In this document: positions 1 to 10,235 of the stretch, piece by piece
How the letters are laid out: every line of letters begins with the position of its first letter
How positions within the stretch are numbered: the stretch's first letter is position 1
NCBI RefSeq assembly: GCF_036971445.1
Contig: NC_091473.1
Location: forward strand, 40,114,001-40,178,000
Source: Narcine bancroftii
Lineage: Eukaryota
Direction of reading: 5' to 3'
DNA length: 64,000 nucleotides
Position numbers and translations under genes: made by a program
The notes under the pieces: model-generated
The model's database searches: none
Seen by the model: only the letters and a program-made list of their open reading frames with translations
What the model was told of the DNA's origin: nothing

Positions 1-800
1 TTTGAACCTGATTAAGTTTGTTGTTAAGGAGTCTGATCGTAGCAAGATAGCAGCTGTTCCTGATCCTGGTGGTGTGAGTCTTGTGGCACCTATGCCTCTT
101 TCCTGATGGCAGCAACGAGAACAGAGAATGTGCAAGGTGGTGAGGGTCTTGGATGATTGCTGCTGCCCTCCGACGGCAGAGTTTCCTATAGATGTACCTG
201 TGATGTCCTGGGCTCAGGGGTATTGGTGTCCCCATACAAGACCCTGATGCAGCTGGTACTTCCCACCACACATCTGTAGAAATTTGCCAGGGTTTCTGAT
301 ATCATACCAAACCTCCGCAAACTCCTGAGGAAGTAGAGGCACTGATGTGCTTTCTTCGTGATGCAATTGGGTCCAGGAAAGATCCTCTGAGATAGTGACT
401 CCCAAGAACCTGATTGTGTTCATCCTCTCCACCTCTGGTCTCCAAATGATCGCTAGATTGTACACCTCTGGCTTTCCGTTCCTGAAGTCAGCAATCAGCT
501 CCTTAGTTTTGGTGACATTGAGTGCAAGGTTGTTGCAAGTTTTCAATCTCTATCCTGCATGCTGACTTATCCCATTCCTTTATGCAACCCACTACCATGT
601 CATCATCAACAAGTCTGTAGATGGTGTTAATGTCGTACTGAGCTACACAGTCATAGCTGTAAAGTGAGTAGAGCAGGGGGCTAAGAAAACAGCCCTGTGG
701 TGCTCCGGTACTGATGGAGATTGTAGAGGAGAAGTTCTTACAAATCTTCACTGATTGTGTTCTGGAGGTGAGGAAATCCAGGATCCAATTACGCACCATA
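1..800 (-). mobile_element. Rex1/Babar-type non-LTR retrotransposon fragment (RT C-terminal part), degraded
   Basis: Minus ORFs 503-799 (WILDFL...[18 protein letters not shown]...DD) and 214-546 ([14 protein letters not shown]...FLGVTISEDLSW) are frameshifted RT segments. Confidence 0.8.
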
Positions 801-1325
801 TCATGTTATAATTATGTGGCACCATACTATTTTTTTGTTTATATAAATACTGTATAAATTATTATTAAGCAATTAATGCATACAATTTGTCACATTTCAA
901 TTGATTTACATGTTCTTTAGATGTGTATTGGAAAATGTGAAAAAATTCCAGGCATTTCTCAAAATCAAGTTGGCTTTGCATGTTTGTTTCATGAGATTTT
1001 AATAAAAGCTGAATCCCCCAAAGGAGATTGTAGGGTAATGGTATTAGTGTTGTTTTATAAGGAAAACCTGCTATTAAATATAAATTTTATTGTGATTGAA
1101 CTTTCAGTCCAATGCACCGAGCATTGTGGTTGAGTATTTGTGAAGTAACCAGCCTGACAATGCAACCCAACTATCCTATTGAATCATGGAAGAATGTGTT
1201 AGATGAATTTTATTTCCTCTTTAAGCATTTTATGTCCATTCAGACTAAGTGTGTGGCTAGCATTGAAAGAAATAATGCATTCATTTTCAGTTTAATCATA
1301 AATTGTCTGCTGCTTTCCTCTGTAG

Positions 1326-1430
1326 GACTATAAATGGTGTCATGTACACAGGACAAGTAAAAGAGAAAGAGGCTGCTCAGAAACAGTACAGAGCAGCAGT
1401 TTCCCGGGAGGAGACCGCAGGCTTGGTAAA
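1326..1430 (+). CDS. ITIH3: ITIH3-like gene 1, first exon visible in window (VIT domain)
   Basis: tag|G...AA|gtaag. Translates [35 protein letters not shown]. Upstream exons lie outside the window. Paralog assignment is by eye. Confidence 0.9.
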
Positions 1431-1519
1431 GTAAGAGCTAAATTATCCATCTATAATTACAGATTGCTTGGCATTGTGATACTTGTGAAAGTAATTTACG
1501 AAATGACATGTTGAAAACA

Positions 1520-1744
1520 GTTCATGAAACTAGGGTTTATGAAACTAGGGTTTATGAAACTAGGGTTTATGAAACTAGGGTTTATGAAACTAGGGTTTAT
1601 GAAACTAGGGTTTATGAAACTAGGGTTTATGAAACTAGGGTTTATGAAACTAGGGTTTATGAAACTAGGGTTTATGAAACTAGGGTTTATGAAACTAGGG
1701 TTCATGAAACTAGGGTTCATGAAACTAGGGTTCAAGAAACTCGG
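1520..1744. repeat. 15-bp minisatellite (GTTTATGAAACTAGG) x15, intronic
   Basis: 11 identical core units with variant units at both ends. It produces the VYETR/MKLGF/INPSF ORFs. Confidence 0.95.
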
Positions 1745-1842
1745 GATCAAAGCTTTATCTTGTCTAATGCTGAATTATTTTCAGATGCTGCATCAAGTGT
1801 TATTTGATTAATCCTATTTTTTTTAAACTTCCCATCTGCAAG

Positions 1843-2005
1843 AGCATCAGGAAGGAAAAGCGAGATGTTTAAGGTTTCAGTGAATATTGCACCAGCCAAA
1901 AAAGTTCTGTTTGAACTAATATACGAAGAATTATTGCAGCGCAAATTGGGAAAGTATGAGATGGTCTTCAAAATAAAACCTAAGCAGGTTGTCAATCATT
2001 TTCAG
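1843..2005 (+). CDS. ITIH3: ITIH3-like gene 1 exon
   Basis: aag|A...CAG|gtac. [54 protein letters not shown]. Confidence 0.9.
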
Positions 2006-2272
2006 GTACATCCATAAAATGACTATTATTCCAAAACTGAAATATTTGAAACACGAAATGCTGAAAACACTCAGCAGGTCAAGCAGTCTGTAGAAATAGG
2101 CACAGAGTTGAAGATCACTTAACTCTGTTTCTCTTTCCACAGACATTGCCTAATGCACAGAAATACCAGCATTTTCTGTTTTATTTCAAACTTCAGTTTT
2201 TTTTTAATTTTATAACATTTTAATAATAACCTGCTATACATTTACTAACATTATAATGAAAATCTTTTTTAG

Positions 2273-2383
2273 ATTGATGTCCATATTTTTGAACCAAACG
2301 GCATTGCTTTCCTTAATGCTCATGCAAACTTTTTAACAAAAGATTTGGAAAATGCTTTGGTAAAAAATATTACTGGAACAAAG
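2273..2383 (+). CDS. ITIH3: ITIH3-like gene 1 exon
   Basis: tag|ATT...AAG|gtaag. IDVHIFEPNGIAFLNAHANFLTKDLENALVKNITGTK. Confidence 0.9.
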
Positions 2384-2471
2384 GTAAGTTATTGTCAACT
2401 TGATGAACTTGTATTTAATGGTCCTTCTGTCCGTATTGCAGAATTTATCATTCGAATTATGTTCAATTTAG

Positions 2472-2600
2472 GCACACGTTTCCTTCAAACCATCCCTTGA
2501 GCAACAGCGCAAGTGTCCTAATTGTGGTGAAACATTGCTGGATGGTGATTTCATCTTACAGTATGATGTCAATAGAGACTTTTCCAGTGGCGACATTCAG
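2472..2600 (+). CDS. ITIH3: ITIH3-like gene 1 exon
   Basis: tag|GCA...CAG|gtgaa. [43 protein letters not shown]. Confidence 0.9.
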
Positions 2601-2678
2601 GTGAAAAGATGACATTAGGAAATTGTTTTCACTTCTCCTTGTCATGTTGCATTTTACTGATTATAAACCTCATTTCAG

Positions 2679-2795
2679 ATTGTGAATGGATACTTTGTCC
2701 ATCATTTTGCACCAACAAATTTGCCAAGAGTGCCTAAGAACATCGTCTTTGTGATAGATCGCAGTTTTTCTATGCGTGGCCTCAAATTTAAGCAG
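2679..2795 (+). CDS. ITIH3: ITIH3-like gene 1 exon (start of vWA, MIDAS DxSxS)
   Basis: cag|ATT...CAG|gtatt. [39 protein letters not shown]. Confidence 0.92.
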
Positions 2796-3208
2796 GTATT
2801 GCAAAATGCTTTATCTATGTTAAGATGAGTAAATGAATTTAAATATTTAGCTAAATATTGTAAATGCATCTGTTCTTTTTGAAAGATACCTTCACTAGTG
2901 CTATTTTTACAGGCCGTGACATTTTAACAAATGTGCATGTTTATAAAGACCTTAAAGCAAAAGTGACAGATGTTTAAATTGAGACTGATATCTGATTGCA
3001 GCACATGAAGTAATAGTTAACTGGAACTATGTCTTTCCATGGTGCACGTCCTCTTCAAAAAGTTGCCTAATTGTTACAGAGCAAGGTGGGGAGGTGGGGG
3101 TTAATTGGAACAGTTGAACTCTCTCACACTTAACATGATGGAAGATAAAAGGAAAAAACTATCCTTATTCTGAAGAATTAATGTGAATATGTTTTTCCCA
3201 ATTTACAG

Positions 3209-3377
3209 ACAAAGATTGCTCTTTTCAAAATATTAGGAGATATGGATACAGAAGATCATTTTACAATAATTATTTTTGACTCCATTGTTGAAGCATGGAG
3301 AGATTCATTTGTCCAGGCAACCCCAGAAAATGTATTGCAAGCAAAAAAATACATCCTCTATTTAAGACTAGGAGCAG
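3209..3377 (+). CDS. ITIH3: ITIH3-like gene 1 exon (vWA)
   Basis: cag|ACA...G|gtaaa. TKIALFKILGDMDTEDHFTIIIFDSIVEAWRDSFVQATPENVLQAKKYILYLRLGA. Confidence 0.9.
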
Positions 3378-3607
3378 GTAAAAATTTTAAGTTCATCATT
3401 GCGCTTATCAAGGTAAGGTAGAAGTTCCTATTTTTTTTAATGTTATCCAGCAAGTCAACCCATAGATAAGTACAGAGTTTCAGAGAAAAATCAGTTGAAC
3501 TGAGTCAAAGACAGCATTATTTTGCATGAAATTCATTCAAGAGTCTGAAAGCAGCAGGGTGGATACTGTCCTTGAATCTGGTAGTACCTGATCTCACATG
3601 TGTGAAC

Positions 3608-3772
3608 TGTAATGTAGATAAATATTGGGAGAATTTGGTAAAATTAGAGTAGGTTACATACATACACACATTTTAAAACAGATCTTATTTGAAATACTGA
3701 AGAATTCATATTCAGTGAACTTTACAGAAACTATGGAGAATGCTGTGCACATTCCACAAGTAGCTGCTAATG
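3608..3772 (+). mobile_element. Truncated 5' piece of the LTR family also found at 33600 and 51828
   Basis: Starts TGTAA. Shares TTTTAAAACAGATCTTATTTGAAA and flanking sequence with the reverse complement of 34450-34619 and with 51870-51930. Confidence 0.7.
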
Positions 3773-4630
3773 AACGTTGAAGTCACTCCAATGAATGTTG
3801 AGGATGGAGCGGAGACAACGCTGGTGGAAGCGTTCTAGGAGCCATAGGTGATGCCGGTAGACGACCCATGTTTCAGAGCCGAACAGGAGTGTGGATATGA
3901 CAACGGCTCTGTATACGCTAATCTTTGTGAGGTTTTTCAGGTGGTTGTTTTTCCAGACTCTTTTGAGTAGTCTTCCAAAGGCGCTATTTGCCTTGGTGAG
4001 TCTGTTGTCTATTTCGTTGTCGATCCTTGCATCAGATGAGATGGTGCAGCCGAGATAGGTAAACTGGTTGACCGTTTTGAGTTCTGTAAGCCCGATGGAG
4101 ATGGGGGGGGGGGGGGGGGCGGAGGCTGGTAGTCATGGTAGGGAGATGGCTGATGGAGGACCTCAGTTTTCTTCAGGCTGACTTCCAGGACAAACATTTT
4201 GGCAGTTTCCGCAAAACAGGACGTCAAGCGCTGAAGAGCTGGCTCTGAATGGGCAACTAAAGCGGCATCGTCTGCAAAGAGTAGTTCACGGACAAGTTGC
4301 TCTTGTGTCTTGGTGTGAGCTTGCAGGTGCCTCAGATTGAAGAGACTACCATCCGTGCAGTACTGGATGTAAGCAGTGTCTTCATTGTTGAGGTCTTTCA
4401 TGGCTTGTTTTAGCATCATGCTGAAGAAGATAGAAAAGAAGGTTGGTGCAAGGACATAGCCTTGCTTCACGCCATTGTCAATGGAGAAGGGTTCAGAGAG
4501 CTCATTGCTGTATCTGACCCGACCTTGTTGGTTTTCGTGCAGTTGGATAACCATGTTGAGGAACTTAGGGGGGCATCCAAGGCGCTCTAGTATTTGCCAA
4601 AGCCCTTTCCTATTCACGGTGTCGAAAGCC
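3773..4630 (-). mobile_element. RTE-clade LINE fragment (RT domain)
   Basis: ORF 4009-4632: AFDTVNR...GVKQGYVLAPT...LLFADDAAL...KKTEVL. Frameshift at a poly-G run near 4103-4119. Confidence 0.85.
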
Positions 4631-7060
4631 AATCATATGTATTAATACAGGATTATCCATCTTTTTTGTTTTTGACTTAACACTCCATGTAAATACTATC
4701 CTGCGCTACCTCCTCTTTTATTCTGTATAATCCCATTCAAATCCAAGAAGGTGTGGGGAGGAGATTTGCCTTCCTCAAAGAAAGATGGAAAAAAAAATCT
4801 GGCTTGTGCTGACAAGTAATACTTTCTAAAACCCAGTAGCCTAAATCCTTCTATCTTATAATCCCACATTCATTTTTCCAGCAAAATTCTCAGCACCTTA
4901 TTGTTCCATTGGAATTGTCGAATACAATTATTTAATAATGTAAAGTAATTTTTCGGCAAAGAAATAGGCAACAATTGACATCACTTTCATTTTCATACAG
5001 TTAACCCTTTCATTCAAAGTAATTGGCAAATCTTTCCATTTCTGCAAATCCTTCGCTATCTTCCCTAACAGGGGAGTATAATTTAATTTGTACAAATTTT
5101 GTTCTATATTGGTCGTCCATCAATTCAGAGAAGAAGTGTTGTTTTGCAGTTCATCTGTGGACATGAAGGTGACTTTGCAGTCCCAGGCTGGAAGCGCAAA
5201 GTCTAGCACAATGGGGGCACTGGAAGTCCATTTTTGTTATAACTATGGCTTCTTCTTTGTTACAACATTCACAGTTTTCCATCAGTTTTTGGCAGCGTCT
5301 ATCTTCAAAACTGGTGTAGGCTTCATAGCACAGGGCTCACCAATGGAGTCTGTCTCTATTTATCACCTCCACCCTCGTGCAACTGAAAGTACTATCAATT
5401 AAATTGTCTCGATAGCAATCAAAAAACATCCCATAAATTCCCCTTCCCTCCTCTTTCCCCCTCCCAGTTTATCTTTACCCTCCCGGCACCAATAACCAAG
5501 CTATAGGTGCCAATCCCCCCACCATTTTGAGATGTGCCCAATGCACCCATCTGCTACTTGTACCTCCCTCTGTTTCCTTGAGCTCCCCGTATTCATTCTT
5601 ACTTCTTATATACATTCATCTTTAAACATTAACATTATGAAAAAAACATATCCCCCCTCGTATTCCCTCTTTTCACCTTATTTACATTTAATCATGAAGC
5701 ATTGGCGGTGTTCTTACAAAGTCCATTGCCTCCCTTGGATGCTTAAAAAAAACTTATTTTCACCTCCTGTCCTTACTATCTTCAGCTTTGCAGGGTAAAC
5801 TCGATTCCTTTTTATTTAAGACTCTTTTTAACCAGGTCAAATTCTCTCTTGCATTTCAATAGCACCACGCTTATGTCCAGGTAGAATAAAATCTTCTCCC
5901 CCTCACATTCCAATGGACACCACCTCCCCCCCCTCCCCCCAGCCTTTGCACCCACTGCTGCCACCCATAAAATCCTCTCTCTATCCTGGTAGTGAAGGGG
6001 AACCTCACCAGGATAGAGCATGGCCGTTGGTTTGGCCCCAGTGGGCCAATTCTATTCTTAGATTATTTCCAATATGTTCCTTCCGCAATGTATCTGGGAT
6101 CCACTTTTTCGGGAACTGCACTGTGTCTCTCCCCTCCATACCTTCCTTCACCCTCACATTTTAATTGTATTCCTCCTGCTGAGTTTTTTTTTAATCTTCT
6201 CCCACATCCTTACCCTATCCCTTTCCCACACATCCATTTTGTTCTCTCTTTCATCCAATCTTTCTCTCTTTAGTTTCAGATATCCTTTCCATCAGGTTTA
6301 TCAGCCTTTCTTTAATTGCCCCTGTCTGCCACCAGTGTCTTCAAAGTTCTTTTCATCTGGCCAATGGCCTCCAGTATCTCTCTGGCAAAAGGCATCAGGT
6401 CCTCTGCCCCCTCTATCTGCCTATCACCTCCCTGTAATGTCCTTCTTTTAACTACCTCTTTTTTTCTCTTCTTCCTCCTCCACCTTGCTTTCTGACTCCT
6501 CAACGTCACTTTCCAACTCCTGGTCATTTTGCCATGCTATTTTCCCACCTAATCTCCTCTGGCTGCGCTGTTCCTGGAATCCTCCAGGCCCGACACTTCA
6601 AATGTCCTCTGATGCCTTGGAACCAGCCTCTTTATGCCCACTGGTTTGCGTGGCCTTACCAAGTAAGTTCTTGTCTTCAACTTTACTTTTTCTTCCAGCC
6701 TGTAGGGTCTTTCTCTCCACTGCCAACTCCACTCGACTTGACTCCCACAACCTCAGGTCCCTGCATCTTCCATGCCCAACAATGCTCCTGTTGCTGCCTG
6801 CATTGTTGTCCTCTTATCCTCAGCTCTGTCCCCCCGACCTCAGGTCCCCAAACTGTCCACGCCAGACACAGCGCTCCCATTGTCACTCATGTCTCTGTCA
6901 GGCCCCTGCGATCTTGGCCCTCCGTGTCTCCCACGCCTGACAATGCTCTCACCACGTTGGTCACGTCCTTCCCCCGGCCCCCACGATATTCAACTTTCCT
7001 GTCTCTCCCTCCTGAGCGAGTCCCTTTCCCTCAGGAAGCTTTGGAGCTCCATTGTATGTC
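4631..7060 (-). mobile_element. Mosaic of decayed L1/Tx1-type fragments (approximate)
   Basis: Minus-strand WKDLPIT-type ORF2 piece near 4900-5090 and ORF1-like piece near 5810-6100 (YQDRERILW...FYLD). Boundaries are uncertain. Confidence 0.5.
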
Positions 7061-7500
7061 AATTTAGGTAAATATTGTCCCAGTCTATTAGCTAATCCCT
7101 TCACCAATATTTTATAATCAGCATTCAAAAGCAAGATAGGTCGAAATGATGAGGTTTTTAATGCGTCTCTGTTTTCCAATGACAACACTAATTATAGCTG
7201 TTGAAAAGGAGTCTGAGAGAGTCTAAGTCTCCACTGCCTGGTCTAGAACTTGCATTAAAAGAAGTATCAACAAATCTTTAAATTGTCTATAGAACCCAGG
7301 CGAGAACCCATCCTCTCCTGGAGACTCATTAGCCTGCAGAGTGTTTAGAGCCTTCTCAGTTTCTTCTATTGTGAATGAGGCATCTAACTTCATCTGATCC
7401 CTCACCTCCTATTTTGGAAGCTCAATGTTCACTAGGAGCTCATTCATTTCATTATCATCTCCAAATAATTATGATTTATATAGTTTTGTATTGTCTCAAA

Positions 7501-8405
7501 CAGTGGTTCTCAACCTTTTTCTTTAGACTCACATACCACTTTAAGTAATCCCATCGGTGCTCTGTGATTAGTAAGGGATTGCTTAAGGTGGTATGTGAGT
7601 GGGAAGGGAAGGATGAGAATCACTGCTCTAGACCCAATTGCTACTGAGATATTTTGCTTGAGAAAAAATTGTCATTGGCCCATTTCCTTTGGAGTTAGAA
7701 ACTGTGAATATAACAAGTCAATTAGGTATGATTAAAACAGTGGTTTTCAAACTTTTTCTTTCCACTCACATACCACCTTAAGCAATCCTTTACTAATCAC
7801 AGAGCACCTATGACATAGGGAATACTTAAAGTGGTATGTCTTTGGCTTGGCTTCGCGGACGAAGATTTATGGAGGGGGTAAAAAGTCCACGTCAGCTGCA
7901 GGCTCGTTTGTGGCTGACCAGTCCGATGCGGGACAGGCAGACACGATTGCAGCGGTTGCAAGGGAAAATTGGTTGGTTGGGGTTGGGTGTTGGGTTTTTC
8001 CTCCTTTGCCTTTTGTCAGTGAGGTGGGCTCTGCGGTCTTCTTCAAAGGAGGCTGCTGCCCGCCAAACTGTAAGGTGCCAAGATGCACGGTTTGAGGCGT
8101 TATCAGCCCACTGGCGGTGGTCAATGTGGCAGGCACCAAGAGATTTCTTTAGGCAGTCCTTGTACCTTTTCTTTGGTGCACCTCTGTCACGGTGGCCAGT
8201 GGAGAGCTCGCCATATAATACGATCTTGGGAAGGCGATGGTCCTCCATTCTAGAGACGTGACCCATCCAGCGCAGCTGGATCTTCAGCAGCGTGGACTCG
8301 ATGCTGTCGACCTCTGCCATCTCGAGTACCTCGACGTTAGGGGTGTGAGCGCTCCAATGGATGTTGAGGATGGAGCGGAGAGTATGTAAATGGAAAGAAA
8401 AAGGT
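7501..8405. mobile_element. Composite hAT-type MITE: two inverted palindromic units, the second split by an RTE
   Basis: CAGTGGTTCTCAA...GAGAATCACTG unit at 7501-7625. Second unit starts CAGTGGTTTTCAA at 7738 and resumes at 8382. Confidence 0.7.
7840..8381 (-). mobile_element. 5'-truncated RTE LINE 3' end
   Basis: ORF 7892-8320 (QLRWMGHVSRMEDHRLPKIVLYGEL...CNRCNRVCLSRIGLVSHKRAC) followed by a 3' UTR. GTATGT duplicated at 7834-7839 and 8382-8387. Confidence 0.88.
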
Positions 8406-9069
8406 ATAAAAATATAATTAACCTCTTTTTAGTTGTATGATAAAATATCAATTTGTTTTAATTGCATATATCATCCTTGATGACTCCTCTGACTTCACTT
8501 GCCAAGACAAGACCTTATGTGCTTGTTTGCCTAATTCATAATATTTTTACTTAGCTTTTAAAACAGTTTTTTTCTGTTTTATACATTTGTAATGTGTTAT
8601 ATCTCAATTTTTTATTTTCTATATTTTTCTTGTAAATCCGTCCTCTGGTATTCTTTCTGCAATTCTGTTAACTCTTTCACCAAATTACCTAATCCTGCAT
8701 TATGTTATCTTTTAAGATTTTTCTGTATAAGAAATAATTTTCCCTCTCAAATAAGCTTTAAGTATATCCCATATCAAAAATCTGTTATCAGTGGAGGAGA
8801 GATTTGTCTCACAAAATAGTTCTGTCTCCTGATGAACTCACAGAAGTCTGTCCTTTACAACAACATGGCATTAAGATGCCATCTGCACACGTTTTCTTGT
8901 TTTTCCACTATTGCAATAGTTAAGATTAGTGGTGAGTGGTCTGACAGTAGCCTCACCAAGTCTTCTGTTTTTACCACTGTTTTTTAACTGTACAGACATT
9001 AAAAATAAATCAATCCTTGTATGTGATCATGGACCCTTGAGTAGAATGAGTAGTCTCTCTCTGTGGGTT

Positions 9070-10235
9070 AAGCTGCTTCCATGTATTTGGTTTTCTAAGG
9101 GAATTGGAAATGTAGAAGGAGGAAATTTAATGTCATTTGAACAATTAAAGAATAAATATAGGATATAGTATAATACAATGTTTTTTTTAAAAATCAATTA
9201 AAAGCATATTTACAAGCTAAGTTTCGTCCAACAAAGTAGTGAAATAGAAACCTTGATTTGTAATAGATTTTTAAGAAATTTATCTCAGCTCTATATACAT
9301 TGTTGCACAAGGGAACTCAAAAGCAGGAATTCATAGATCTATACAGAGATGGGAAACAGACTTAAATATTATTATTGGGGAGAAAAATTAGTCAGAACTA
9401 TGTCAAAATAGAATGGCAAATACAATAAATGTTAGTTATAGATTGATTCAGTATAATTTTTTACATCAATTATATCTTACCCCACAGAAATGAAATTGAT
9501 CATTCAGATCAATGTTTTAGATGTAACCAAGAGATTGGTACTTTCTTATATTCTACATGGTCATGTCCAAAACTGGGACCATTTTGGATAGAGTTAGAAA
9601 CATTTTTGGAAAAAGTCACAGGAATTAAATTTCCACAAGATCACATGTTGTTTTTATTGGGTTTTTATTTCAGGGATAAGATCCAAATTGAAACTGAATT
9701 TATATCAAAAAGAATTTGTAAAAATTGCATCAGCAATTGCAGGAAGATTTGAAATTGGATTCTCATTTCAGTTTGGAAAGAGGGCATGTGAAAATTCACA
9801 GCTGTGCATCTCTTGAGAAGATTACATATAACTTAAGAAATAAATATGATACATTTTTGAAAATTTGGTGGCCATATTTACATATTGTAGGTATAAATTT
9901 ATAAATGGTTTTCCCTGAACCTCGTGAAACCTCATTAATTCCTTGAAATAAATAAACAAATAAAATTGAAAAAGGTGAGAATCAAATGAAAGCCAACCAG
10001 GTCTGCTTCTTTTTTTCTTTCTTTACTAAATGTACTATTTTCTTTCTTTCTTTCTTCCTCCTTTCTTTTCTATCCTCATTAGGGTCATTATTAGGGGGAG
10101 GGGGTTGAGGGAGTTATTTTTCTTTTTTTGGAGTTTTATAAAACCATCATGTTTAATGGATTTAAAATGATTACATGATTGAAGATGATTATGAATATTT
10201 TGTATCTTGATGTGAGTACATGTATAGAAATTTTT
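9070..10235 (+). mobile_element. L1/Tx1-type ORF2 3' end and UTR, decayed
   Basis: LMSFEQLKNKY, YNFLHQLYLTP and CFRC...TWSCP zinc-knuckle remnants on the + strand. Confidence 0.7.

Noticed and set aside
1520-1744. Interstitial telomere
   Set aside because: The unit contains CTAGGG once per 15 bp, not tandem TTAGGG.
1496-1811. Repetitive ORFs (VYETR, MKLGF, INPSF) or a CRISPR-like array
   Set aside because: Head-to-tail 15-mers with no spacers, inside an intron. The ORFs follow from the unit length being a multiple of 3.
5500-7070. Long + strand ORFs (up to 177 aa) as host genes
   Set aside because: Low-complexity antisense readings of decayed LINE sequence, with no domain or splice support.
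3773-8381. The two RTE fragments as one split element
   Set aside because: They overlap by about 40 nt with mismatches, their order is not colinear on the minus strand, and the second has its own TSD.
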